DNA of 64,000 nt from a candidate division WS1 bacterium (GCA_012518355.1 JAAYSP010000072.1:7644-71643), one strand, 5' to 3'; positions 1 to 9,070 are shown, counted from the stretch's first letter. The notes: generated by a model from the letters alone, not told the origin. Translations and numbers: made by a program.

Positions 1-1167
1 GCACACTCTGGTGCCGTCACGGTTCCATCGTGGGTGTAAATCGCAGCGGATCTCACCTTGAAGCTCCGGTGGCGAATAAAATGCACCGATATCAGTACGT
101 TCGCCAGCAGCATTGTTGTAGAGAAGTATCGTGCGCAGGTGCCTCTCACCTTGCGGGTAGGTGTCAGTCAGGATGAAGCGACCGTCCGGCGAGTAGGAAC
201 AGTGCCCATCACAATTCAGGACACCCTCCCCGATGATTTCCGCATCCTGTGTATGATCGGTGAACAGTAAATAGTAGTCGCCGATGTCAAAACGCCGCGC
301 CCAGGCGAGGATCTCGTTGCCACTCTTCCAGTCGAAATGCGATGTCATGTCGTCTCTGTTGAGCAGGTACAGATCTGAGCCATCGGGAGAGGCCGTGAAC
401 ATGCGGGTATAGTGAGACTTTCTGCCATCGGGCAGAATTCGGCGCCAGCGGTGCAGGAACACAAACCGCGAATCGTCAGTCGAAAACTGCAGGTGATTGA
501 CCCAGTGCTTGCCCTGCTCGGTGGTCTCATCCGGTTCGATGGCGGCGATCTGATCCAGGGTGATGATCAGGTCATGCTCACCTGTTTGCAGATCCATCCG
601 CCAGATGCCGTACTGGTCAGGGTGCAACTCGTCGGGCAGCGGATCGGGTACTCCGTTATAGCCGTATCCTGGTCGGCCGGCGTGCAGACGTGAGAAATTG
701 ATGGATACGGCCTGAGTCCCATCTCGACTGACCGCGTATATCGGCAGTGGCAAGACAGTCTTGTCACCGCTTTGTATGTCATGCACGCACGCCGCGTAGT
801 GGTCGCCGTCGCGGATGTTGTAGATGATCTTGCGGTCCGGAGCGGTGGCGAGCCACTGCAGATGCGTCCCTTGCTGCCAATTCCACGCACGAGTCTCGTC
901 TAACGGTTCGAAATTGCCATCGCCCTCCAGATCTACAATGCCAATCCGCGCCGCATCATCCGGCGTAGGCGGCCGGTCCATGAAATCAGTCTCCAGTGCA
1001 AGCAGATATCTGCCAGTGATATCGTAGGGGAACTTGTCATAGTAACCGAAGTAGTGATGCTTCGGTCCTCTTGTAAGTGGTCTGCACTCGGGGTATTCTG
1101 CAGGCGCTGCCACGACGTTTCCTCCTTCGGTGGGGGCGGTCCAATCAGCGGACAACTGACTGTTCAT
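1..1167 (-). CDS. PD40/TolB-like beta-propeller protein, oligogalacturonide-lyase-like; N-terminal 389 codons, C-terminus lies beyond the window start
   Basis: Open reverse-strand frame from ATG (revcomp of cat 1165-1167, GGGAGA SD upstream) to position 1 with no stop; repeated blade motifs (YSPDGRF, HPRWNRDG, FTASPDGS). Absent from the ORF track only because it has no in-window stop. Confidence 0.5.
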   Translation of the reverse strand, partial: MNSQLSADWTAPTEGGNVVAAPAEYPECRPLTRGPKHHYFGYYDKFPYDITGRYLLALETDFMDRPPTPDDAARIGIVDLEGDGNFEPLDETRAWNWQQGTHLQWLATAPDRKIIYNIRDGDHYAACVHDIQSGDKTVLPLPIYAVSRDGTQAVSINFSRLHAGRPGYGYNGVPDPLPDELHPDQYGIWRMDLQTGEHDLIITLDQIAAIEPDETTEQGKHWVNHLQFSTDDSRFVFLHRWRRILPDGRKSHYTRMFTASPDGSDLYLLNRDDMTSHFDWKSGNEILAWARRFDIGDYYLLFTDHTQDAEIIGEGVLNCDGHCSYSPDGRFILTDTYPQGERHLRTILLYNNAAGERTDIGAFYSPPELQGEIRCDLHPRWNRDGTRVC

Positions 1168-1293
1168 GAGTCATTTCTCCCGCAGCTCAGCTGTCTCCTG
1201 CATGAAGATTGTGGACCGAGAGCTTGCTCATCTAAGCAGGATGTGATAGAAGAAAGCTGTTGCGCAACGATTTCGTATGATGCTGGTGAGGAC

Positions 1294-1716
1294 ATGACGG
1301 CGGGTTTTCGCATAATTGATCATACCGCTGACAAAGCAATTGAGGTTTGGGCGGCCGACATTGGGCGTCTCATCGAAGAAGCGGCGCGCGGACTGATGGC
1401 TTTGCTGGTGGAAGCCAGCGGCCTCCAGCCCGTGCAGTGGCTACGGCTTTCCTCGCATGAGCACGAGCCGGAGATACTGCTTCACGATATCCTGGCGCAG
1501 ATGCTCCACCTGGTTGAAGATGAGAGCCTTGTGCCAGTGCAAGTCCGTTCAGGCAATTGCAGCCCCGAAACGGCTACTTTGGAGATCGGCGTAGTGCCAA
1601 TTGCCCATGTGACTGAGCATCTACACAGCCCGATTAAGGCTGTGACATATCACAACCTCGAGATAGTCCGAGACACGGCTGGCCTGTTGCGAACCCAGAT
1701 AGTGTTCGACACATGA
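1294..1716 (+). CDS. archease family protein
   Basis: Internal Met of ORF 1054-1716 preceded by GGTGAGGA; N-terminus MTAGFRIIDHTADKAIEVWA matches archease signature (DHTAD...E). Confidence 0.7.
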   Translation: MTAGFRIIDHTADKAIEVWAADIGRLIEEAARGLMALLVEASGLQPVQWLRLSSHEHEPEILLHDILAQMLHLVEDESLVPVQVRSGNCSPETATLEIGVVPIAHVTEHLHSPIKAVTYHNLEIVRDTAGLLRTQIVFDT

Positions 1717-1865
1717 AGATAGTTTATAGTATTAAGAATAGTATTCGACCCGTAAGACGACAGTATGTAGGCTTGTAGGCGGGGCTTTGATTTGAGCAAC
1801 TGAAGTGCTCACCGGTGCTCAGCCAGGCATTTTGTTTTGGCGTTTTGCATTGTCAAACTAATGAT

Positions 1866-1894
1866 TTGACAACTGAGAAAGCAACAGCTATAAT
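1866..1894 (+). promoter_or_regulatory. sigma70-type promoter of tRNA operon: TTGACA (1866-1871), 17-nt spacer, TATAAT (1889-1894); T-rich UP-like tract upstream
   Basis: Perfect consensus hexamers with optimal spacing, 10 nt upstream of tRNA-Leu 5' end. Confidence 0.55.
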
Positions 1895-1903
1895 ACGTGT
1901 CAG

Positions 1904-1991
1904 GCCGAGGTGGTGGAATTGGCAGACACGCTAGCTTGAGGGGCTAGTGACCGTCTAGGTTGTGCGGGTTCGAGTCCCGCCCTCGGCACCA
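1904..1991 (+). tRNA. tRNA-Leu (anticodon GAG), long variable arm, CCA encoded
   Basis: Manual fold: acceptor GCCGAGG/CCTCGGC, anticodon loop TTGAGGG, T-loop TTCGAGT; aligns to E. coli Leu tRNA architecture. Confidence 0.9.
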
Positions 1992-2009
1992 GCATTGAGG
2001 ATAGTTTGC

Positions 2010-2085
2010 GGGCGGTTAGCTCAGCTGGAAGAGCGCTTCCCTCACGCGGAAGATGTCAGAGGTTCGAGTCCTCTACCGCCCACCA
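2010..2085 (+). tRNA. tRNA-Val (anticodon CAC), CCA encoded
   Basis: Cloverleaf: acceptor GGGCGGT/ACCGCCC, anticodon stem CTTCC/GGAAG with loop CTCACGC, T-loop TTCGAGT. Confidence 0.85.
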
Positions 2086-2088
2086 TAC

Positions 2089-2164
2089 GCGGGAATAGCT
2101 CAGCTGGTAGAGCATCAGCTTCCCAAGCTGAGGGTCGCGGGTTCGAGTCCCGTTTCCCGCTCCA
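2089..2164 (+). tRNA. tRNA-Gly (anticodon CCC), CCA encoded
   Basis: Acceptor GCGGGAA/TTCCCGC, anticodon loop TTCCCAA, T-loop TTCGAGT, discriminator U. Confidence 0.85.
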
Positions 2165-2212
2165 TAGCATGATAAAATTCGGCAGCGCAGTATCCGTTTG
2201 CATGGTTTGCGA

Positions 2213-2288
2213 GCGGGAGTAGCTCAGCTGGTAGAGCGCCACCTTGCCAAGGTGAAAGTCGCGAGTTCGAGTCTCGTCTCCCGCTCCA
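2213..2288 (+). tRNA. tRNA-Gly (anticodon GCC), CCA encoded
   Basis: Acceptor GCGGGAG/CTCCCGC, anticodon loop TTGCCAA, T-loop TTCGAGT. Confidence 0.85.
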
Positions 2289-2297
2289 ATTATTTCA

Positions 2298-2372
2298 GGC
2301 GGCATAGCCAAGAGGTAAGGCAACGGTCTGCAAAACCGTTATTCACCGGTTCGATTCCGGTTGCCGCCTCCA
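2298..2372 (+). tRNA. tRNA-Cys (anticodon GCA), CCA encoded
   Basis: Acceptor GGCGGCA/TGCCGCC, anticodon loop CTGCAAA, T-loop TTCGATT. Confidence 0.85.
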
Positions 2373-2382
2373 GATGAATTAA

Positions 2383-2410
2383 GAGACCGCAGCATGCACG
2401 CTGCGGTCTC
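2383..2410 (+). terminator. perfect 11-bp GC-rich hairpin (GAGACCGCAGC-ATGCAC-GCTGCGGTCTC) after tRNA-Cys; operon 3' end or processing hairpin, no U-tract
   Basis: Inverted repeat read directly; position right after last tRNA. Confidence 0.3.
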
Positions 2411-2455
2411 GGCGTGACTCAGTACGGTTTGAGAAGTAGGGACAATCCGCCGGTT

Positions 2456-2485
2456 CTGATAAGTGTCGCATGATTGTGCTATAAT
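2456..2485 (+). promoter_or_regulatory. candidate promoter of pfk with extended -10 (TGcTATAAT 2477-2485) and weak -35 CTGATA
   Basis: Sequence match only. Confidence 0.25.
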
Positions 2486-2559
2486 CCGCGACCGAAACCA
2501 ATCGGTGAGTTAATCTGAGCAATGTTGTAGTATCAGTACTTGATGGTTTAGGAAGGTGA

Positions 2560-3798
2560 TTGTACGTGGCGCTCAAAGGAAATGCTCTAATCGGCCAGTC
2601 TGGCGGCCCGACGATAGTGATCAACGCATCCATGGTAGGGGCCATAGAAGCCGCAGAAAGGCATCCCGAAATCGAACACTTCTATGGCGCACTATGCGGA
2701 TTGACTGGTGTTCTGAACGAAGAGATGATAGAGCTGTTTCGTGAAGACGACGATGTCATTCGTCAAATGCGGTATACTCCGTCGGCTGGTCTTGGTACCT
2801 GCCGGCTAAAGCCCAAAGAGTCCGATCTGGAACGCTGCATGGAGGTCTTCAAGGCTCACAACATTCGTTACTTCTTCTATAACGGTGGCAATGATTCACA
2901 GCTTACCTGCCACCTGATCTCTGAATTGGCCAAGGGCAGCGATTGGGAGATGCAGGTCATCGGTATCCCCAAGACCATAGACAACGATCTGGTCATAACC
3001 GACAACTGTCCAGGGTTTGGAAGCGCAGCGCGATATGCCGCATGGGCGGTCCAGTGTGCTGCACGCGACGCCATGGCTTTCGGCAACGTGGAGGTTGTCG
3101 AGGTCATGGGCCGCCATGCCGGATGGCTGACCGGTGCGACCCAGTGTGGGCGGAAAGAGCCCTGGATGGCGCCTCATCTCGTGTACTTGCCTGAGGTGAC
3201 TGTTGATCCTGACAAGTTTATCTCCGACTGCCAGAACGCCTATGACGAACACGGATATCTAGTCGTCGCGGTATCCGAAGGCTTCACGTTTGGTGAAAGC
3301 GAACAAGCCACCACCTCCGAGAAGCTCGACGAATTCGGCCATGCACGTCTGGGCGGAGTCGCTGAAGCCCTCGGTCATCTGATCGAAGAATCCATCGGTG
3401 TGCGAGCCCGCACTGACTGTCTGGGCAATCTGCAGCGTGCCTTTAGCCCATGCATGTCAAAGGTAGACAACGACGAGGCATACGCAGTCGGCGAAGATGC
3501 GGTCAATCGTGCTGTTGCCGGAGAAAATGATGTCATGATCACCATCAAGCGCAAACAGAACGACCCGTTCGAGTTTGAGACAGCGACCACTTCTCTGATG
3601 AGCGTCGCCGACAAGACCAAATTGGTTCCTGACGAGTGGATCAACGCTGACCGCAACGGTGTAACCGACGAGTTCATCGAATACTGCCTGCCCCTACTCA
3701 ACACTCCGGTATCTGATTTGCCGGCAGGACTGCCGCAGTATCCGGTGTTCCAGAAGCATTTTGCTGAACGGAAATTGGGAGAGCACGCGCGAGAGTAG
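2560..3798 (+). CDS. pfp: 6-phosphofructokinase, probably pyrophosphate-dependent type
   Basis: PKTIDND and MGR motifs of the PfkA family; the ATP-PFK GGDGS box reads GGNDS (Asp at the G104-equivalent position, a PPi-PFK hallmark). TTG start after GGAAGGTGA (GTG alternative at 2566). Confidence 0.8.
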   Translation: MYVALKGNALIGQSGGPTIVINASMVGAIEAAERHPEIEHFYGALCGLTGVLNEEMIELFREDDDVIRQMRYTPSAGLGTCRLKPKESDLERCMEVFKAHNIRYFFYNGGNDSQLTCHLISELAKGSDWEMQVIGIPKTIDNDLVITDNCPGFGSAARYAAWAVQCAARDAMAFGNVEVVEVMGRHAGWLTGATQCGRKEPWMAPHLVYLPEVTVDPDKFISDCQNAYDEHGYLVVAVSEGFTFGESEQATTSEKLDEFGHARLGGVAEALGHLIEESIGVRARTDCLGNLQRAFSPCMSKVDNDEAYAVGEDAVNRAVAGENDVMITIKRKQNDPFEFETATTSLMSVADKTKLVPDEWINADRNGVTDEFIEYCLPLLNTPVSDLPAGLPQYPVFQKHFAERKLGEHARE

Positions 3799-3834
3799 TA
3801 GCACTTCGCATCCACCGCACTCCCTGACATACAT

Positions 3835-3870
3835 CAGGCCCCCTCTACGCCGAGGGGGCCTGTTCTGTAT
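3835..3870. terminator. bidirectional intrinsic terminator between convergent genes: 11-bp stem CAGGCCCCCTC/GAGGGGGCCTG, then TTCTGTAT
   Basis: Perfect inverted repeat between pfp stop (3798) and the reverse-strand gene stop (3901). Confidence 0.5.
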
Positions 3871-3900
3871 ACGCTGCTGGGACTATATCTCAGATGGTAC

Positions 3901-5370
3901 TTACAGATTGTTGGCGAAGTCTAATCCATCAATCAGCCGCAGGGTCAAAGCTTCTACCTCATGGTCGTGAGTGGCTCGAAAGGCCTCATCAGACTGGACG
4001 AACTCCACCAGCGCCTCGCGGAAATACCGTTTGCCGTTCTCATCGCGCATGTTCAGGGCCAGGTACGAAGTGAAACGGAAAAAATCCGCCCTGGGATCGC
4101 GCTTCATTTTGGGATCGTGTGCTATCTGACGGTCATACTCTTCGAGTTGCCGGATGAGCAAGGGTTGTGCCAGTGGCCCGCCCTGGGCGACCTCGTCTCT
4201 GGTTAGCTGCAATACCGCATCAAAAATTCGATCGTATATCTTGCGCCCTTCAGATTCTGCCGACTGGGCGGCAAGCAGTTCCATCAGAAGTTCGAAATAC
4301 ACTCCGCTTATCTTGTATTTCACACTGCCCCCGGCACCAGCCAACACCGCCTCATAAGTGCCCTCGCCTTTGCCACTGTATGGAGTGGTACCTGAGCCTG
4401 AATGTATGGACAGCATTGCGCCGAATACCCCCTGCGCTATCGCATGGTGCTGTTTGACGCGGCTGCGCAGGGCTTCCATATCACCCGTGAAGTCGGCTCG
4501 CTTGGCAAAACCTATATTCGGCGCAAAGTAGTGGCAGGGCAATCCCAGCGCCTTCCATTCGGTCAGGTAGAATAGAGTCTCATGAGGAGAAGTCATCGCC
4601 TCTGTTTCGTCAAGAGATATCTCAAAGCTGAACGGCCTATCGCCAAGCTTCTCCGCGCAATAGCGGTATATGTCTGCGTTGATACGCAGGCTCTCACGGA
4701 ACTTCAGTGCCAGCCGCATAGCCTCCAGAGGGCTAAGCGTAACAGTAACAGGGTCGCCGTAGGCGGCAGGGAAGCTCTGGGGTTGGGCATAGCGCTGTAA
4801 CAGCTCCGCAGCAGCTTGAGCATCGTACTGTTCGGCAAACTCGCTACGAACCTGCTCTTCACCGAGGCGGTCAGCATCGAGCCAGAACAGATCGGAGGTG
4901 TCAGTGGTAAAGCACCCGACCACTCCGGTTTCAGCGGCTTCGTCTATCGCGGCCCAGTTGTACTCGAGTGACGCCTGCAATTCCTCGGGGCTGATATGAT
5001 GGGCCACATGGTGCCCGGCAATTCTCTTCACTGCAGCATCTGCTGAACCTATAACTATCAGGTGGTCCGCCTCGATTTCGGCTGTCACGCCCGCCTTTGT
5101 CGCTTCACTGGCACCCATCGTCATGTATTTGCGGATAGAAGTCCCGGTATGCCCTCGAGTGATCTCCCATGCTCCAGGTTTGGCGTCAATCACCTCTTCA
5201 GGAGCGGTTTCACGCCCAAACGAAAGCATCAAGCCAGTCGCGGTATTGCGCTGGCTGCACGCTGATAGGATGCCTGGCAAAAACAGTTCAGGGATGCGGA
5301 TGCCGATGGCAGGATGGCGTCTCACTCCCAGACATGCGGGGCCTGCAGGATACTCACTTTGTCCGGACAT
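3901..5370 (-). CDS. conserved hypothetical protein (about 489 aa); very tentatively UxaE-like tagaturonate/fructuronate epimerase family
   Basis: Long ORF; start moved to the ATG at 5370, which has a GGGAGG SD (the first in-frame start at 5412 has none). Family assignment is from memory of size and TIM-barrel-like composition only. Confidence 0.55.
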   Translation of the reverse strand: MSGQSEYPAGPACLGVRRHPAIGIRIPELFLPGILSACSQRNTATGLMLSFGRETAPEEVIDAKPGAWEITRGHTGTSIRKYMTMGASEATKAGVTAEIEADHLIVIGSADAAVKRIAGHHVAHHISPEELQASLEYNWAAIDEAAETGVVGCFTTDTSDLFWLDADRLGEEQVRSEFAEQYDAQAAAELLQRYAQPQSFPAAYGDPVTVTLSPLEAMRLALKFRESLRINADIYRYCAEKLGDRPFSFEISLDETEAMTSPHETLFYLTEWKALGLPCHYFAPNIGFAKRADFTGDMEALRSRVKQHHAIAQGVFGAMLSIHSGSGTTPYSGKGEGTYEAVLAGAGGSVKYKISGVYFELLMELLAAQSAESEGRKIYDRIFDAVLQLTRDEVAQGGPLAQPLLIRQLEEYDRQIAHDPKMKRDPRADFFRFTSYLALNMRDENGKRYFREALVEFVQSDEAFRATHDHEVEALTLRLIDGLDFANNL

Positions 5371-5472
5371 GAATACATACAACCTCCCAAGTCTACGTAG
5401 TGTGCAGCTCATGATCTTGCGATAGACGATAGGATTCGCCGCGCATGAAGGGCGGCTCCCGTCGAGAAGATG

Positions 5473-6258
5473 CTATGACGTCTTCACATGCTGCATAAGC
5501 AGCGCATGGCATTCCGGTGATGCCGCGACCATACAGGGCCCAGGCGCCCGATAGTCCCGGTTTTCCAGGTCAAAAAGCGATTGTCCATGGATATCGGTCA
5601 CCAGTGCCCCGACCTCCTTCAGTAGCACCATGCTTGCCCCCACGTCCCACACGTACCAGTGATTGCACACAGTCCCCACTGCGTTACCTGCGGCGACGAG
5701 TGCCATGGAGTAGGCGGTGCTGCCAGTGATGCGGTATTTCACCTGCGCTGAAAAATCCCAATGCGGTATATTGGGGGAAGATATCAATAGCAGATCGTTG
5801 CGTGCAAGCGTATCAGTGCGTCGCACGCTGACTCTTGTGCCATCACAGTATGCCCCCTCCCCATCGGACGCCCAAAAGGTCTGGTCAAGGCAGGGCATGT
5901 GCAGTACCCCCAGAAAGGGCTTGCCTTTATAAAACAGTCCGACTGAAATCCCCCAGATGGGTACTCCAGATGCGAAGTTGTTCGTCCCATCAATCGGATC
6001 GAGTAGCCACAAGAAGGGCGACTGTTCCATGCCTCCGGAGCCGTCTTCTTCGCCAAAAACCATATGATGCGGGTACTGGTCGAGGATGCGTTTTCGGATG
6101 TACTGCTCTACTCGCCTGTCCGCCTCTGTCACTAGAGTCCCATCGTCCTTCTCGCGGCCTTCGACCTGCCCGAACATACCCAGGGCGATCAGGCCAGCCT
6201 CTGCAGTGATATCCTGGACCATTTGCAGAGCGGACAGCATATCGAAATCTCGTGTCAC
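5473..6258 (-). CDS. inositol monophosphatase family protein (IMPase/SuhB/HisN-like)
   Basis: WLLDPIDGT and WD motifs of the IMPase fold; GTG start after GGGAGA SD. Confidence 0.8.
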   Translation of the reverse strand: MTRDFDMLSALQMVQDITAEAGLIALGMFGQVEGREKDDGTLVTEADRRVEQYIRKRILDQYPHHMVFGEEDGSGGMEQSPFLWLLDPIDGTNNFASGVPIWGISVGLFYKGKPFLGVLHMPCLDQTFWASDGEGAYCDGTRVSVRRTDTLARNDLLLISSPNIPHWDFSAQVKYRITGSTAYSMALVAAGNAVGTVCNHWYVWDVGASMVLLKEVGALVTDIHGQSLFDLENRDYRAPGPCMVAASPECHALLMQHVKTS

Positions 6259-6291
6259 AGCAAAACATCTCCCTGTTATTGTTTCGTCAGT

Positions 6292-7053
6292 CTATTCGAT
6301 GTCGCCCATACGTAGTGGCTTGTCCGGTTTCCATGAGGGTACTGAGACAATTTGCCAGATGCTGGTATAACGTGTACGTTCCTGAAAGACTGCATCTCCG
6401 GTCTGCACTTTCGAGGCAGTGCTAGACCAAGCGCGAACGCGGTATGCGCCACGCGGCAACTCAAACTCAATTGAATTATAGGGCGGTATCGCCTTAGTAA
6501 CACGGGTTGGCCCCTCAAAACTGAAGTACATGGCTTTGCCAGAGGCGTTGGTCATCCTGATCAGCGGCGTGATTTGTCCGCTCGGCCGCGCCTCGAACAT
6601 GGTCCCGATGCCCGAAGGCACAGGTAAGCCTGAGCCGATTGCCGGTGAGTTTCGTCCCGCAGGGAGACGCGCCCCGGCTGGCGCCTTTGCAGCCGGCCGT
6701 TGGGGGAGAACGCTGGTCAGGGCACCTCCGTCCAACGGCACCATGCTTACATCCTGGGCGGTCGGCCGCAGCCACCAGTGCCACAACGCTGCTGCCTCCA
6801 GGCTTAGCAGCAGCACCCCTGCCAGCAGTAGCCACACCAGAGGCACGACAGCCGGTCTACTCTTCCGATAGAGCGGAGCTTTGCCGCCGTGTCCCCGCTC
6901 CGAGGGCCCAACCTGTTGTTGCTGGAGTTGCTTCGGCGGTGGCTGACCAATCGCAGCGCCGCACCGCCGGCAGGCCGTGTTTAACCTCGTCATATAGTAA
7001 CCGCAATGCGGACAAGCTTGTGACCATTTCATGTCATCACCCATCCCACGCAT
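6292..7053 (-). CDS. hypothetical membrane-anchored protein with N-terminal zinc-ribbon (CPHCG...CRRCG), Pro/Gln-rich linker, one TM helix and an extracytoplasmic C-terminal domain
   Basis: ORF between cimA and the IMPase gene on the same strand; two CxxC pairs; hydrophobic segment VVPLVWLLLAGVLLLSL. Confidence 0.5.
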   Translation of the reverse strand: MRGMGDDMKWSQACPHCGYYMTRLNTACRRCGAAIGQPPPKQLQQQQVGPSERGHGGKAPLYRKSRPAVVPLVWLLLAGVLLLSLEAAALWHWWLRPTAQDVSMVPLDGGALTSVLPQRPAAKAPAGARLPAGRNSPAIGSGLPVPSGIGTMFEARPSGQITPLIRMTNASGKAMYFSFEGPTRVTKAIPPYNSIEFELPRGAYRVRAWSSTASKVQTGDAVFQERTRYTSIWQIVSVPSWKPDKPLRMGDIE

Positions 7054-7077
7054 TGCCTGCTACCGGCTTGCGCTTAC

Positions 7078-8649
7078 TCAGCCTCCATTTTTCAACAGAC
7101 CATAGATCAGCGAATCGACTACTGCCTGCCAACTGGCCTCGATGATGTTTTCGTGGACACCGACAGTGCCCCAGCTATCCTCAGCGTCGGCGGTCTGCAC
7201 GAGCACACGTACCGCCGCTTCAGTGCCTTCATCAGCGCGCAGCACTCTGACCTTGTAGTCCACAAGACTCAGCTCTTCTAGTTTCGGGAACAGTTCCGTC
7301 AATGCCTTTCGCAGTGCATTGTCGAGCGCATTCACTGGCCCGGTACCCTCGCCGGCGGTGTGTACTTCTCTGTCTCCGACGGCTACCTTGAGAGTAGCCT
7401 CAGAGTACGGTTCGCTGCCCTCATCAGCTTTGTAGACGGTAATCCGATAGCCGTGCAGGTCAAATGGAGGTAGCAGGCCCTCCTTCAGGCGACGTGCCAG
7501 AAGCTCAAATGTAGCCTCCGCTGCATCAAATTCGTACCCGCTCTTCTCTAGATTCTTGACCTGCTCCAGTACTGTGGCCACCAGGGGGTCGTCACGCTGA
7601 AGATCAGGCCAGATACGTTGGAGCTTGTGCACGATGGTGGAACTTCCGGAGTAGTCCGAAACCAGGATGCGCCGACTGTTGCCCACAGTTTCAGGCTCTA
7701 CATGCTCAAACGATGAGGGTTCTTTCAGCACCGCGTTGACATGCATGCCTCCCTTATGGGCAAAAGCAGATGCCCCGACGTACGGCTGTCGAGTGTCGGC
7801 AGGGAGATTGGCGATCTCGCTCACGAAATGCGCCAACTCGGTTATCTCGGTCAACTGGCCTTCTGGTAGGCAAACTGTGTCCATCTTGAGCTCGAGGTTG
7901 GGGATGATGACACACAGGTTCGCGTTGCCTGACCGCTCGCCGTAGCCGTTGATGGTGCCTTGCACCTGGCTGCAGCCCGCCTGGACTGCGGCCATACTGT
8001 TGGCCACGGCCAGACCGGCATCGTTGTGACAGTGTATGCCAAGTGCAATCTGGCACTCTGCGGCTACCGTCTCGACGATCTCACGTATCTCATCGGGCAG
8101 TGAGCCACCGTTGGTGTCACACAGCACCAGTGCATCCGCACCGCCTCGCTGTGCGGCTCGCAAGCACTCCAGAGCATATGCCGCATCAGCTTTGTAGCCG
8201 TCAAAGAAGTGCTCAGCATCGAACATCACCTCTTCACGATGAGCCTTGAGGTAGGCGATGCTGTCCTCGATCATCTGCAGGTTTTCATCCAGAGAGACAC
8301 GCAGCACTTCAGTGGCATGGAAGTCCCAGCTTTTGCCGAAAATGGTGATGACTGGTGCGCGGCTTGCCAGCAAATCCTGAAGTTGGCTGTCGTCTTCGAC
8401 GTTGATGTTGCCTCGTCGAGTGCTGCCAAATGCCGTGATGCGCGCGGTTTGCCAGGACATATCAGCGGCACGCTGGAAGAATTCGCGGTCACGAGGATTT
8501 GTCTCGTTTGGCCAGCCGCCCTCGATGTATGCAACGCCCACTTGATCCAGCTTCTGCGCGATGCGCAGTTTATCCTCTACGCTGAATGCCACACCTTCTG
8601 CCTGGCAGCCATCGCGGAGAGTGGTATCATATACGTCAACTCTTTTCAT
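7078..8649 (-). CDS. cimA: (R)-citramalate synthase, Geobacter type (LeuA/HCS superfamily)
   Basis: MKRVDVYDTTLRDGCQAEGVAFSVEDKLRIAQKLDQVGVAYIEGGWP N-terminus and about 520 aa length match GSU1798-type CimA; AGGAGG SD 8 nt upstream of the ATG at 8649. Confidence 0.85.
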   Translation of the reverse strand: MKRVDVYDTTLRDGCQAEGVAFSVEDKLRIAQKLDQVGVAYIEGGWPNETNPRDREFFQRAADMSWQTARITAFGSTRRGNINVEDDSQLQDLLASRAPVITIFGKSWDFHATEVLRVSLDENLQMIEDSIAYLKAHREEVMFDAEHFFDGYKADAAYALECLRAAQRGGADALVLCDTNGGSLPDEIREIVETVAAECQIALGIHCHNDAGLAVANSMAAVQAGCSQVQGTINGYGERSGNANLCVIIPNLELKMDTVCLPEGQLTEITELAHFVSEIANLPADTRQPYVGASAFAHKGGMHVNAVLKEPSSFEHVEPETVGNSRRILVSDYSGSSTIVHKLQRIWPDLQRDDPLVATVLEQVKNLEKSGYEFDAAEATFELLARRLKEGLLPPFDLHGYRITVYKADEGSEPYSEATLKVAVGDREVHTAGEGTGPVNALDNALRKALTELFPKLEELSLVDYKVRVLRADEGTEAAVRVLVQTADAEDSWGTVGVHENIIEASWQAVVDSLIYGLLKNGG

Positions 8650-8701
8650 TTGTCTTTCCTCCTGGATACGCCGGGGCCTTTTCGGCTGCGATGTCACCGC
8701 T

Positions 8702-8743
8702 GAAACACAAAACTCCGTCCCTGTTCAATTCAGAGACGGAGTC
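8702..8743 (-). terminator. intrinsic terminator of the T-box leader: stem ACTCCGTC/GACGGAGT followed by UUUUGUGUUU
   Basis: Inverted repeat plus U-tract read on the reverse strand, 52 nt upstream of the cimA ATG. Confidence 0.7.
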
Positions 8744-9018
8744 ATCCGCGGTACCACCCTGGTTACTCCCCCCCGAAAAGGAGGAGCCACTTTGCCAACA
8801 CGGGCCACCTGCGGCCGATGTCGTCTTCAGGATAACGGTAGAAGCTCCGACGAAGTCTACTCGGCCGCCTGTTGTCGGCCAGGCCTTTCGATTCGCAGCT
8901 CGAGGGTGATATTCAGATCGGACTTACCTGCCCGCTCTCACCATCCGGGCTCGCTGTCCGGTATAAACCGACCCTACTTGTCCCCTTCACAGCTTTTACG
9001 TGTCACGACTTAAATTGT
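8702..9018 (-). promoter_or_regulatory. T-box riboswitch leader (tRNA-sensing transcription attenuator) upstream of cimA; candidate specifier AUC-A (Ile) at complement 8908-8910 (CUC-G Leu alternative at 8902-8904)
   Basis: Canonical T-box sequence AACCAGGGTGGTACCGCGG (complement 8746-8764) immediately 5' of and overlapping an intrinsic terminator; about 315-nt leader length; amino-acid biosynthesis gene downstream. Confidence 0.75.
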
Positions 9019-9024
9019 GGGCTC

Positions 9025-9053
9025 AGTATAACATGAAATCGGCAGCAGAGCAA
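9025..9053 (-). promoter_or_regulatory. promoter for T-box leader/cimA: -35 TTGCTC (9053-9048), 17-nt spacer, -10 TATACT (9030-9025)
   Basis: Hexamer match and spacing; places TSS near 9018. Confidence 0.4.
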
Positions 9054-9070
9054 CACCACGATCACCCCAG

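Noticed and set aside
2379-2645. 88-aa reverse-strand ORF
   Set aside because: It overlaps the tRNA operon terminator hairpin and the pfp promoter or 5' end, and has no SD or features. Spurious.
8700-9060. Possible RNase P RNA or other housekeeping ncRNA in the 560-bp cimA upstream region (AGGTAAGTCCG resembles the P4 GGAAAGTCCGG)
   Set aside because: No second P4 strand and no GGUAAGAGCGCACC or ACAGAACCCGGCUUA motifs. The region instead contains the diagnostic T-box sequence and terminator, so it is annotated as a T-box leader.
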